Source of the DNA: Octopus bimaculoides
Taxonomy: Eukaryota
Assembly: GCF_001194135.2 (NCBI RefSeq)
Contig: NC_068985.1
Coordinates: forward strand, 53,469,185-53,508,750
Direction of reading: 5' to 3'
DNA: 39,566 nt
Numbering within the stretch: the stretch's first letter is position 1; each line of letters starts with the position of its first letter. The position numbers were made by a program, and so were the translations under genes. The notes under the pieces are model-generated. The model saw only the letters and a program-made list of their open reading frames with translations, searched no databases and was not told the DNA's origin. Below, piece after piece: positions 20,916 through 34,535 of this stretch.

Positions 20916-21777
20916 ATATAATTATATCTCAAGCAACTACGTGATACTTTAAAAGACCAAGATAATATCCCCCACACATCAACGTATGCTGATGGAAAGT
21001 GAAAAGAAAAGAAAAAAGATGACTAACTTATATGAAAGACAATTATTCAACTCCATAATACATCATCTAACACTGATACGATATAAAAGTATGGTGAAAA
21101 ATCCAAACAAAATATTGATTTTTTTTCTTTCTTAAAAGACAGTCACAGCTGACCGAGTCGTTCTACCACCCGAAGATTGAGTACCTCATAACCATCGATG
21201 GATATGGTTCTATACGTATGTTCAATAGACATAATTCTCAAATGGCTTCTTCCACCTGGCTGTAAAGAGGTGCTGCAGAAGTACATCTCGATTCCGTAAA
21301 CAAACACTAACACTGTATAGCTGTTAAAGTGTTAGTTACTTCCATTGGCAGTTTAGAGAAGAATGGGTTATGTTATAATGTTTTGACACTCGAAACAACG
21401 TGAAGATGAATACATCAAGATTCACTAACAATTCAATGGATAAATATTAGTAATCATTCATTTTAAAACGAACATCTACGAACATCAGTCTTATAAATAA
21501 GAAATGAGATTCCTTTAAATGGCTTAATTTTTATTCTTTACAGTATCCTTTAAAATCAAATTTGTACTTGATATTCCGTTTGCGAATTTAAAATTGAAAT
21601 TCGAATGCCTGGGTAGGTTAAGATCACTTGAGAACATTCCCTACTACTGAATGCTATATTTTGTTTTATTAAATTAATATTCGAGGCTGGTATACATGTT
21701 TATTTTGACTTTACATTTCAAAGGAACCTGACAGATACTTAATACAGCTTCACTGAAACGTTATAAACAATATTTAC

Positions 21778-21851
21778 TTGTCACTGCCGTGGTTTTTGAA
21801 GTAATAAAGGTCTTCATGTTGAATCTTAATTTTCGAGTGGATATCGTTTAA
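21778..21851 (-). CDS. ACCS: ACCS-like exon E3 (74 bp): LNDIHSKIKIQHEDLYYFKNHGSD(K)
   Basis: Acceptor attatttcttcag, donor AA|gtaaat. Phase 2 joins E4 to give AAG; contains the YxxxxG motif. Confidence 0.88.
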
Positions 21852-22407
21852 CTGAAGAAATAATGTGAGAAAAGAAAAAAAATCGTTGAATTAAGCAATT
21901 TGAATTTAAAAGAACAACATTTAGAATATTAGCATATATTTTAAATACATTGACATGTATTTAAATATATTAATATATATTATAAAAATAACATAAGAAG
22001 ACTTTACAATATCAAAACTATTGGTTTAAACAAACTTTACGATAATGATTTACACATTAGGTAGATTTATATAAAGGATTCTGATTGGTTAAAATCTAAC
22101 AAAACGTTTATTTGCTTATTTATTTATATATTTACATATCTATTAATATGTTTGTTTACATAAAAAAACCTAATGTATTGTTTTAATCACAAATTAAGTA
22201 TGTCTTTTCGGTTTAGACAGTTAATCATAACAATAACGGATAAACAACTGGGAAACTATCTTGTTAAAACCCCATCATGATACATCGTTAAGTACACTGA
22301 GTTAATTATATATTACAACTTGTTTTAACGATTTTCTCTAATAGGCTTTCTGTTTGTTTTTGGAAATTTACAACGTAAATTTAGAATTATTTATGACATA
22401 ATCGTTA

Positions 22408-22590
22408 GTGTGTCAGACAAAATACGTAGCGGCATTTCTTTTAGCTTTGTATTTTATGAATTCAAATGCCGACGTGCTTGACTTTACCTGTCATCCTTTC
22501 GGTTTCGATAAAATAAGTACCATATCACTTGATCGATGTAATCGACTACTTCCCTCACTCAAAATCTCCGGCCTACAGTAGAAGGATTCT
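22408..22590 (+). mobile_element. SINE family A (A1) whose tail expands into (CTT)n(ATT)n (22587-22751)
   Basis: Core gtcatcctttcggtttcgataaaataagtacc; end cagtagaaggatt. Confidence 0.75.
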
Positions 22591-22639
22591 TCTTCTTCTT
22601 CTTCTTCTTCTTCTTCTTCTTCTTCTTCTTCTTCTTCTT

Positions 22640-24457
<1,818 letters not shown>

Positions 24458-24510
24458 ATCAAAACTGCGTGTAAGTTCAGTACTGTAACATTTCTTGATA
24501 ATAAACTTAC

Positions 24511-24570
24511 CTTCTTCAGAATCAGATCCTCACACAGTGTATTTTCAGCCAGTCCAAGATCTATGATTCC
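24511..24570 (-). CDS. ACCS: ACCS-like exon E2 (60 bp): GIIDLGLAENTLCEDLILKK
   Basis: Acceptor cttctcttccaatag, donor AAG|gtaagt; GxxxxGxxEN motif of ACS/ACCS. Confidence 0.96.
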
Positions 24571-24726
24571 CTATTGGAAGAGAAGCAAAAACCAAGGTTC
24601 TTAACGTATTGAAAGAAGAGAAGTAAAATAACATGTCAGTTATCCCATTTATATATATATAAAGTAGGCTTAAAAGATCATGGTAGATATCAATAAAGTA
24701 TTCAGTATTAAAAGAATGTGGTTATA

Positions 24727-24803
24727 AATGATCAACGGAACAGCCTGCTCGTGAAATTAACGTGCAAGTGGCTGAGCACTCCACAGACACGTGTACCCTT
24801 AAT
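24727..24803. mobile_element. Fragment of SINE-like family D (second copy ~29535-29725)
   Basis: Shared gatcaac.gaa...acgtg.aagtg.ctgag.a.tccacagacacgt in both places. Confidence 0.55.
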
Positions 24804-25094
24804 GAATAATGCTTTGGTCGATCCGAAGCTATAATAGAAAACACTATGTTGTTTTCTTATGTTTTATTTTTATGAATTTGTATTGTAAATGAATTTTCCA
24901 AATTGACATTAATTTCATATTTGGATAGAATGACCTACTGTTACATTTTTTCTAAATTTATGATAAGCAGACATATAGTTTCAATACACTTTTTTCCATT
25001 TATTCTCTGAATGGTGTCTATCTTGAAATATTTTAATGAGCATCAACTATGGACCACAAAGATTGATTAATCAAAAAGATCGCAACGCTGATTA

Positions 25095-25316
25095 ATTAAT
25101 ATTGGTTTCAAGTTTTGGCGCAATGCCAGCGATTCCGGGGGACGAGAGGGGTGAGTAAATCTATTGCATCGACCCCGGTGTGTAACTAGTTCTTACTTTA
25201 TCGACCCCGAAAGGTTGAAAGGCAAATCAGACCTCGACAGAATTAGAACATAAAGACGGATGAAATGGCGCTAAGCATTTGCCCGGCGTACTAACGATTC
25301 TGCCACCTCACCGCCT
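25095..25316 (-). mobile_element. SINE family A (A2), near full length
   Basis: Reverse complement from tail ttggtttcaagttttggcgc to head ttctgccacctcaccgcc. Confidence 0.8.
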
Positions 25317-25548
25317 TACTGAATAATTAATATTAGAGAATGTATAGATTACAAACGTACTTACCATCGTTTCTCGTGACTAGAGATTTAAAGACTTGCA
25401 ATTGCGTAAAATACCAGAAGCCATGAAGACTCTTGTTTCTAGTAATATAAACAAACAGGATGCCAAGTTTGTGTGTAAGCAATAAAAAAATACCTAACCA
25501 CGAATCAGGATACAATAAAGAATGGGATACCCCCAAAGAAATGCTGTC

Positions 25549-25711
25549 GTAGGTGCAGGTGTGACTGTGTGACAAGTTTGCTCTCAACCACATGGTTCCG
25601 GGTTTAGTCATGCTGTGCAACACCTTGGGCAAGTGCCCCAGGCCGAATAAAGCCTTGTGAGTGGATTTGGTAAACGGAAACTGAAAGACGCCTGTCGTAT
25701 GTGTGTGCACG

Positions 25712-25743
<32 letters not shown>

Positions 25744-25830
25744 NNNNNNNNNNGTGTGTGTGTGTATGTATGTAGGCGGTGCACCAGCATGGCTGCAGTC
25801 TAATGACTGGAATAAGTCAAAGAATCAATA
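25549..25830 (+). mobile_element. SINE family C with most of the 3' module deleted; 10-N gap in the linker
   Basis: Head and CORE-like caccttgggcaagtg, (GT)n, then ggcggtgcaccagcatggctgcagtc end. Confidence 0.75.
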
Positions 25831-26322
25831 AATCAAAGAATACTATCATATATTTTCTGGAGTCAGGCTATGACTGGTCCCTAAAATTCCCCATCTTGAA
25901 GAGTATATGTAGTAATCATCTTTGGTTATTAAATGTATAAAATTCTATGTAAATATCAGAAGAAAAGAGGGCTTAATTATATTACATAATTACAAATGCT
26001 TCGTGTATAGAGATACGAGTTAGATAGATTAAATGTATAAATATGTACGAATCCGCTTGGTAATTACTTTGTTCTCAGAAGATATTTTCGGTAATACCAA
26101 CTGTAGTTGCTTCTGTAACAAAGATAATCTGACCAATCAGAGATAAGCAATAGATTTCCGTTTCCTTTTGTTGAATCTCCTCCAATTCCATCAAGGGATT
26201 TTAGACCAATCTTATCAAATAGTTTTTCTCCACTCTGACCCATTTTTTAAAAAACTTCAGTACAATACAGGTTATATACGAAAGCTAACACCACATCCGT
26301 TAAAATGAGACACTGTCATAAG

Positions 26323-26755
26323 GCAGCTAGCTGGCAGAATCGTCACCACGCCGGGCAAAATGCTTTGCGGCATTTTGTCCGTCATTATGCTCTGAGTTCA
26401 AATTCCTCCGAGGTCGTCTTCGTCGATAAAATAAATACCAGCTGAGCTCTGGGGGCGATGTAATCGATTTATCGATTTACCCCTCCCCTAAATTGCTGGC
26501 CTTGTTCCAAAATTTGAAACCAATATAACACACTATCATAAAAGGGCGAGCTGGCAGAATCTTTAGCACGCCGGCAAAATACTTAGCGGCATTTCAACTG
26601 TCAATACGTTCAGAGTTCAAATTCCGCCGAGGTCGACTTTGCCTTTCATCTTTTCCAGGTCGATAAAATAAGTACCAGTTGAACTCTGGGGTTTATGTAA
26701 TCGATTTAAACGCCATTCCCTAAAACTGTGTCCTTCTGCAAAATTTGAAACCAAT
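26323..26755 (+). mobile_element. Two tandem SINE family A (A2) copies chained by a thrice-repeated acact(g/a)tcat
   Basis: Repeat at 26310-26319, 26530-26539 and 26761-26770; heads at ~26323 and ~26544. Confidence 0.85.
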
Positions 26756-27055
26756 ATGACACACTGTCATCAATGCTAGCTATCATGAAACAGAAACTAT
26801 CTGGATCCACAGGGCAGAACGACAAAAATGTCATGTAAACACTAAAGGAAAAAAATGAATGCAAAAAGTAACAAAGCGAACAAAAACAAAAATCTATTTT
26901 CTCCAAAGCAGCCAGTAAAAACTACGGCTGGCATATAACTCTAAGGTTNNNNNNNNNNNNNNNNNNNNNNNNNNNNNNNNNNNNNNNNNNNNNNNNNNNN
27001 NNNNNNNNNNNNNNNNNNNNNNNNNNNNNNNNNNNNNNNNNNNNNNNNNNNNNNN

Positions 27056-27096
<41 letters not shown>

Positions 27097-27295
27097 TTAT
27101 GTCTGTGTTTGTGCTTGTTATACCCGCACCCACTGCTTGGCGACCGGTGTTAGTGTGTTTACGTAACTGTAACTTAGCGGTTTGGCAAATTAATTCGATA
27201 GAATAAGTACCAGATTAAAAAAAAGAAAGACCATAAATGCTGGGATCGATTTCTTAGACTAAAACCAATGACTCAAACAAGTAAAAGATAAAAAT
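27056..27295 (+). mobile_element. SINE family C linker and 3' module (5' part probably in gap 26949-27055)
   Basis: gtaacttagcggtttggc...gatagaataagtacc...aaacaagtaaaagat. Confidence 0.7.
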
Positions 27296-27514
27296 GATAA
27301 ATGATATCATTCAGCTATTTATTTATTTATTTATTTATTGTTAGTCAAGAAAGAAGGCAGCTCCCGTGACCCTTTACAGGGCCTCTAAGACTAGTGGGAG
27401 ACAGGAAGGAAAGGAGGAATCCTTGAACTGGCGACATGACCCGAATTCCTGTAACACAGTGGGGTTCACTAAAAGCATCAAAATGCCAAACTTTTGACGA
27501 ATTAAGCCTACCAC

Positions 27515-27770
27515 TCAAAAGGCCATGGTGGGATTTGAACTCAGAACGCAAAGAGCCGAAACAAATACGACAGATCATCCGGCCTGATTTTCTGATAGTT
27601 TCGCTAATTCTCTACGCTGAATTGGTACTATTTTTATCGATCTTGAAAGTATGAAAAACACAGTTGAGCTCGGCTGGATTTCAACTCAGGGTGTAGTGAG
27701 TCGGAACAAATACTGTGAGACATTTTTTCCCAGCTGTACCGACTCAGCCATTTCGCCGTCTGTAATAAGA
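27515..27770 (-). mobile_element. Two degenerate reverse family A-like copies
   Basis: gggatttgaactcagaacg and ggatttcaactcag B-box reverse complements. Confidence 0.5.
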
Positions 27771-28195
27771 AAACAAACAACAGAAACTGAGATGAACAAA
27801 GTAAATACAAACTGACAATGAAACTGCAGAATACTACGCTGAGGTAGTGGCAATAAAAACTACTACATGGCCACTATTTGATAAGGCTGAGCAAAACAGA
27901 AGCAAGCAGAGAAAACAAAGCCATTACTGATTGTGAAATGCAGGACTCAACATTTACAATAAATTAGCTTTGATTGTAGTTTTGACCAAATCCTTCTACC
28001 ACCAGAAAATAAGTAAAGAGAATCCCTTAGGCATAACTGTATCGATTTACGGGACCGGTTACTCGGTTTCCATGGCGTATAACTGAGTATTCAGCTCACA
28101 GACATAAGGTCTTGGGTCCAATTCCTAAACTGGGTGACGATACAATATGCAACTCAGTCCTTGAATGGCACATTATTAATACTGTCACAGTTATA

Positions 28196-28411
28196 AGGCA
28201 GCAAGCTGGCAGAAACGTTAGCGTACCGGGGAAAACGCTTAGCAGTATTTCGCCCGTCTTTACGTTCTGAGTTCAAATTCCGCCGAAGTAGACTTTACCG
28301 TTCATCCTTTCGGGGTCGATAAAATAAGTACCAGGTAAACACTGGGATCGATGTAATCGACTTACCCCTCCCCTAAATTGTTGGCCTTGCGCCAAAACTT
28401 GAAGCCAATTT
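28196..28411 (+). mobile_element. Full-length SINE family A (A2) with a 10-bp TSD
   Basis: tgtcacagtt at 28183-28192 and 28412-28421. Confidence 0.88.
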
Positions 28412-28717
28412 TGTCACAGTTGTGAAGCTAACACCAATACGTAAATTATCAACACTGTGACTGGAGTTAGAGAAACTGTGATAAGACATTACTCCAGTCT
28501 GCTCAACTGTAAATAAGTATTAGCCACGTGCTGAAGCTGTCCTTTCTCCTGCCAGTGGTTGTGTCCTAGATATTCTGATGTGTCAAGTGTAAGAGGGCTG
28601 AAAATATATTTATGCCTGCTTGCTACTACTCAGGCACCTAAATCAATAAGAGAAAGAATTGACACAAGATACCATGTCATATTCGTTCAGTGTGAGAGTT
28701 GGCAGTACTTTATAATA

Positions 28718-29130
28718 GCCAAGGTGCTGTGTGGTAGTAAGTTCGCTTCCCAACTGCATAGTTCCAGGATCGGTCCCATTACGTAGCACTTTGAGCAAGT
28801 GTCTTCTACTATAGCTCCAAGCCGACCAAAGCTTTGTGAGTGGATTTGGTAGATGGAAGTTAATAAAGCTTGTCGCATATATTTGCAAATAGATAGATAG
28901 ATAGATAGATAGATATTGTCTTTGCGTTTGCATCTGACCCCACCATTACTTGACATCCAGTGATGGTTTGTTTTCGTTTCTATAACATCGCGGTTCGCCA
29001 AAAGAGGCTGATTGAAAAAGTACCAGTACTTAAAAATTAAGCATTAGTGTCGATTCGTTCGATTGAAGCCCTTCTAGGTGGTTATCCTAGCATGACAGCA
29101 GTTCGCTGACAGAAACAGTAAAAGATAAAA
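28718..29130 (+). mobile_element. Full-length diverged SINE family C with a (GATA)n linker
   Basis: Both modules are present; it ends ~35 bp from the E1 donor. Confidence 0.8.
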
Positions 29131-29164
29131 TTTTAATTCGAAAATAAGTACGGTAAATACTTAC

Positions 29165-29274
29165 GTTCTTATTGAGAACTGCATCGTATACATTCTCCTT
29201 GGCCTTGCAAGCATATTCCACTAATAGATCAGGATATTTAATGACGCCTATGGCCCGTTTAGAAACTTGTGTCT
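29165..29274 (-). CDS. ACCS: ACCS-like exon E1 (first detected, 110 bp): TQVSKRAIGVIKYPDLLVEYACKAKENVYDAVLNKN
   Basis: Donor AAC|gtaagt, phase 0 into E2; SxR...NxYxxxxN.|GII pattern. The 5' boundary (ttttctttgaag|) is tentative: there is an in-frame TAA just upstream and no in-frame ATG, so an earlier exon is required. Confidence 0.8.
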
Positions 29275-29409
29275 CTTCAAAGAAAATTTTGAAATATAAT
29301 TATTTTCATAAGCAAGAGCTGAGACATTAGTGAGTTAGAGTGGTTAGATATTTCGGTATTTAATGTCATTTGACAATAACACACGTACACACACACACAC
29401 ACACACACA

Positions 29410-29464
<55 letters not shown>

Positions 29465-29824
29465 ACTCTCACAAACACACACACATGAACACATACACAT
29501 GCACACATATAACTCATAGAAATACACACACACAAAGATGGCTACTCGTTAGTTTCGACGATGAGGGTTAAGTTATTCGATCAACTGAATTACCAGCTCA
29601 TTAAATTTACGTGTAAGTGACTGAGTATTCCACAGACACGTCTCCTAAAGTAATTCTCAGACAGAATCAGTGAGCATAACACAGTATGTGACAAGGCCGG
29701 GCCTTTGAATTGCAAGTTCAATCTATCCTACAGGCTTCTATACAGTTTCCATTTATCCATTTTCTCTCAAAAGGTATGTGTCAACACTGAGACATTTGAT
29801 GGATGGAATTTTCAGTGAATTAAA

Positions 29825-30860
29825 GGCAGTGGTTGTAGGGAATGTAAATGATGTTTCTAGGGAATGGAAGTAGTGATTGTAAGGAACGATAGTGGTGGTT
29901 ATAAGGAATGGTAACAAAGGTTGTAGGAAATGATTGCGAGATTGCAGGGAATGATTGCGTCGGTTGTAGCGGGTGATAACAGAGCAGTGATGCCGAAATA
30001 CTGCTACGAAAAGTTGTTGATCGAGGAGAAAAAAAGTAAGATAAATGGCGTACCCCATATAGACCTGACAGAGGGATAAGATAATGAAGTCAACAGCTTT
30101 ACAGGCAAAAACACTATGAAGTATATAACAACAGGAAAGTGAACGGGTTTATCAGAGATTGTGTTGAAACTATCTGGCGAAGTTGATCACGAGGTAGTCA
30201 CCTGCGTAACCAGTTAGGTAGTAGAAGTGTCATAGCTAATAATTGGTATAATAGAATCACCAGCAACTGCGACAAAGAGAAAGGTGATACCCTACTGAGA
30301 CATCAAATTGATGAATCAGGCAATGTGTGTTACAGAATCATCCATAGCCTGATCGGAAAGAGAATGAAAAAGTGAGATACAGTTCCGATTTATGCTTGTA
30401 AGGGTTACGATCGATACCCTCTTCCTAACCAGACTACTATAGGAGAAGGACTTAGCTACACCTAAAACACTTTACCTACGCTTTGTAGTCTGAGGGGTGG
30501 TCTCTAGGAAAACTAGGAATAATTGATGAGTGAAATTTTCAATGAATTATAGCACTAGTTGTAGGGAATGATAACGGAGGTTGTAGGGAATGATAGGGGT
30601 AGCTGTAAGAAATAATAGTAGCAGTTGTGGGGTAATGATATCAGTGGTAGTAGGGATGATACTAGCAGTTGTAGAGGATAATGACAGTTGTAGGTAGTAA
30701 TAGCAGCGGTCGAAGGTAATGATAGCGGTGATTGCAGGTAATGATACTGCTGGTTATGGGTAATGTTGGCGACGGTTATAGGGAATGATAGCGGCGGTTG
30801 TAAGGAATGATAGCGGTGATTGTAACTAATGATAGTTGAATAGCTTGTAAGAGCCGTGCA
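29825..30860. repeat. ~21-bp minisatellite (ggttgtagggaatgatagcgg-like) in two blocks, ~29825-29990 and ~30555-30860
   Basis: About 7 and about 14 degenerate units, same orientation. Confidence 0.8.
30060..30470 (-). mobile_element. Possible CR1-like APE endonuclease remnant
   Basis: Heavily decayed; VAGD-like and PxHFP-like words seen by eye only. Confidence 0.35.
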
Positions 30861-31689
30861 AGCTATATATTGAAGTCTTGCCAACAAGGCGAGAGTTACT
30901 AATGAGTTTAATAACATATTTAACTTACAGATTGATGTCCATTAGGACTCAGTTCTTGTCTCCCTGCTGTTTATAACTTTAAAGACTTCAAGACAAACTG
31001 TCCGCAGTTAATGCTGTTCATCGATGATCTTATCATAACTGAATATATCAAAATTTTAGAATACCAAATCTGGAAGCAAAACCTTTGTACCAAGAAAACC
31101 CATATAGTCCTAACCAAGATTTTTGGATTGCCGGAATGAAGACAGAGCTTTACATCTATGAGGTGAGTGTTTGATATGTGCAGATAAAGAGTAGCTGAAA
31201 ATTCCATACATTGTAATATTTGTAAACTACGAACACAGAGTCAATGTAGCGGATCACAGGAAGGTCGATAAGAAAGACAGACGACTTATGTTGCGGATGC
31301 ACAGAAGTTAGCATTACGTGCACCGGTGAAATATTTTATTTTTATTTTTCCCTAGAATTTGTTGATAGCTTTTGCAACTTTCGGTATCTAATGTAGGTGG
31401 TTGCTCTGAAAACATAAGAAAAAAACAGTTTAAGGACAGGGTGAGTAACGTTTAGGGAGAAAATAACTCTACAGACTGCTAAACATCGTACAATCTACTC
31501 TTCAGAATGAATGGCAGAGCGTATAATATTTGTTTATGAAATGATGTTGATTTGGAGCTAAACAGGGGGCTTGAATGCAGAAGATTTGTGAAAATTGAAA
31601 AGAGATGAGACGAGCTTGCTCTGCTGGATGTGAAATTTTAATGTGTATGAATGATAGAGCGTAAATAAACTGAGGGGAGAAAAGTGGAT

Positions 31690-31880
31690 ACAAGAGGAAT
31701 CAGATATAGAGTAAAAGAGAGGATACAGTGTTGATCAGGACATGTGGTACTTAATGAGGATGTCGGTTGTATAAAGATGTGTTGAGCGCTCCAAGAGAAC
31801 AGAAGATTTCAGAGAGAGAAGCCTAGGAAGACTGAGAAATAAGTGGTGAGGAGTAATTTCAAGAGGTTAATCCTCACGAA
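31690..31880 (+). mobile_element. Probable RTE LINE 3' remnant
   Basis: GHVVLNEDVGCIKMC*ALQ..REKPRKTEK*VVRSNF resembles WYGHVxRM...GRPRKTW.EVV..DL. Confidence 0.5.
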
Positions 31881-32215
31881 GCATATTATGAAGGACTGCA
31901 ACAAGTATGAAAGCGTTATGCACGAAAAACACACCCTCATAATAGGGTACCTCAACAAAGTATAAAATCACATAGTGGAGTCTCTCATCATACAAGTCAT
32001 GAAGTATATCACCTATTCGTACACTTAGACAGAGTTCCTCATCAGGTAATTAGTGAATTTCAACCTTAAAATATTTTTTAAAATATTTTATTATTATCGT
32101 TGTTGTTGGTTTTGTTGTGGCAATGACGGTGGTGGATAACCGAATAAACGGAATACCGGATTAAATGCTTTATAACATTATACTCTGAGTTCAAATATCG
32201 CTGATGTCAAATGTG

Positions 32216-32410
32216 GAGGTGCATGACATAGTGATTAAGGTTTGGGGCTCATGATTGTGGTTTCGATTCCTCGGCTGGGCGATGCGTTGTGTTCTTGAGA
32301 ATAAAACTTCATTTCACGGTGTTCCGGTCATGCGACGGACTGGCGTTTCATCCAAGGATGAATATATAATCCAAAGAAACTGAGAAACTGGCTTACGGAG
32401 CAATGTGGAC
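32216..32410 (+). mobile_element. tRNA-derived SINE family B
   Basis: ggtgcatgacatagtgattaagg...ggtttcgattcc head, gttgtgttcttgagaataaaacttcatttcacg CORE-like block, gcgacggactggcgtttcatcca block. Confidence 0.6.
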
Positions 32411-32494
32411 TGACCATCAGATTCACTTAGCCATTCGTTCTACTGGGTCTAATGATTCGACTGTTCTCGCCCACAACATATGGGGACGTATAAA

Positions 32495-32758
32495 GACCCC
32501 CTTCGGTCATGAATGACATTGAAATTGCACCTAAAAGTTACCCTCCGAGGCACAAGTCCGGTCAGGGTTGTTTATGGAAGACCAGCAGTCACCTATGCAT
32601 ACCAGCCTCCTCTCTCCACGCAACTGATGTATTCCAAGGGAAAGGCAAAGGCCGATGCAGCTTGGCACCAGTGACGTCGCAACTCACAGCCTTGTTCGGA
32701 AATCGAACTCACTATCTCATGATAGTGAGCTCGACGCGCTAACCACTGAACCATGCTA
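32495..32758 (-). mobile_element. tRNA-derived SINE with a distinct long 3' domain (possibly Ceph-type), internally deleted
   Basis: Head TGGTTCAGTGG / GAGTTCGATTTCC; 3' end ...tcattcatgaccgaagggggtcttt. Family name recalled from memory, unverified. Confidence 0.6.
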
Positions 32759-32789
32759 TCATTATGAGCAGTGAGAGGGCAGTAGATTA

Positions 32790-33603
32790 GAGAAATCGGT
32801 GGAAAATCGGACAAGAGTCTCTGTTGTGTGTTTAATTACATCCGTTTACGTCATAAGTTCAAATATCGCACATGTCAATGCTGCTGTTCATGCATTAGGT
32901 GTCAATGAATTAAATACCAGCATTTTATCGACTAAGTCCTCCTGTCCTAGAGAGAGTGACTATATAAATGAGAAAACCTTTGTTATAATTTGGTGGGGGT
33001 GGCGAACTGACAGAACTGTTAATGAGCAGTACAAAATGCTCAGCGGTATTTCTTACGGTTTTATTCTTTATTTCTTTTACTTGTTTCAGTCATTTGATTG
33101 CGGCTATGTTGGAGCACCGCCTTACGTTCTGAGTTCAAATTCCGCCGAGGTCAACTTTGACTTTCATCCTTTCGGGCTGATAAATTATAGTGGCAGTCAG
33201 GTTGAAGGAATAGACTAGCCCCCTCCCGCAAAATTTCAATCTTCATGCCTAAAGTAAAAAGGGTATTTGTAAGAGGACGGGGGTGGTAAGCTGGCAGAAT
33301 AATTAGGGCGTCGGACAGAATGTTTAGCGGCATTTCTTCTGGTTCTTCACGTTCTTAGTTCAGTTTCCTTTCATCCTTTCGAAATCGATAAAATAAGTAT
33401 TGGTTGAACACCGGGATCGATGAAATCGACTAATTCCTTAACCAAAATATTTCAGGCCTTGTGTCTATAATAGAAAGGATTATTATTAAACGTGACGAGC
33501 TGGTAGAATAGTTAATGCGTCGAACAAACGCTTGTAGGTATTTCTTTCGGCTCTTTACGTTCTCAGTTTAAATAGCACCGAGATCAACTTTACCTTTCAT
33601 CTT
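32790..33603 (+). mobile_element. Array of four head-to-tail SINE family A copies, the second interrupted by a reverse family C 3' end (33058-33120)
   Basis: Heads at ~32790, ~32996, ~33284 and ~33491; a further partial copy at ~32130-32215. Confidence 0.8.
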
Positions 33604-34245
33604 TATTCTATCGTTCAGTTTGCCGAACTACTAAGTTACGGGACATAAACAAACCAGCTCCGATTGTCAGTTGGTGGTGAAAGAGAAATACAACATACAT
33701 ACACATAGATACATAGAGATTTTTTTACTTGTTTCAGTCATTAGACTGCGGCAATGCTAGGGTATCACCTTATTAAATCTCAGTCGAACGAATGGATTCC
33801 AGTACTTGAGTCTGATTTTATTCTGTCGGACTCTTTTCCTGAGCCACTAAGTTACAAGGATGGCAACACACTAACATCGGTCGTCAAGCGGTGGCGGGGA
33901 ACAGACATAAAGACAACGACTAGATATATATATATATATATGACGGGTTGTTTATGACAACCGTCTACCAAATTCCTTATGGCCTTGGTCGCCTCGGGAC
34001 AATAGTAGAAGACACTTGCTCAAGATGCCACGCAGTGAGACTGAACTCGAGACCATGTGGTTGGGAAGCAAACTTCTTTCCACACAACCACAACGGGCTT
34101 CTTTTATTTTCTGTCTAGTAAATCCACTCGAAAGGCTTTGATCGTTTCGGGCTATAGAAGAATCACTTGTCCAAGGTGTCATGCAATAGGTCTAAATCCA
34201 GCTACATGTACAAAAGAAGCAAGCTTCTTAACACATAACCACGTC
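33604..34245 (-). mobile_element. Family C copy (33720-34091) nested in the linker of an older family C copy
   Basis: Outer 3' module at 33604-33715; outer 5' module resumes at 34092 (aacgggcttcttt...). Confidence 0.7.
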
Positions 34246-34535
34246 TGTTTTTTTTTCTCTTTTTTGTTCTGAGTTTCTAAGATCATTATTGTCTGAAAAT
34301 TATTCTAGTTATTCTAGGAGAAAAGCAAACTCCTATAATTTTGTTGGAATTTTTTTTATTTTTTGTATGTGTGTTTTCTTAATAGGGTGAAAAACTTAAG
34401 ATATTTTTCATCCCGGTCTTAATATTCTAAGAAGCGGTTCCGGTTAGGAGGTCATTTTCCTGCTTGCAGACTTTAAAATAATCAGGAATAATGAATTTAC
34501 TATTATTGCAAAGCTTCCTCTCAGATAATTAGAAG

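Noticed and set aside
29281-29327. ATGs just upstream of E1 as the ACCS start
   Set aside because: They are out of frame with E1 and end at TGA; using them would need a frameshift or sequencing error.
31490-31640. Possible CR1 RT 3' remnant on the minus strand
   Set aside because: Similarity is too weak to support by eye.
32030-32050. CTGATGAG on the minus strand (another CTGATGA at ~16968)
   Set aside because: No stem II followed by GAAA, so not a hammerhead.
32790-33603. Regularly spaced repeats that superficially resemble a CRISPR or integron array
   Set aside because: The units are ~200-bp diverged SINEs in a spliceosomal intron; no short identical repeats, unique spacers or cas genes.
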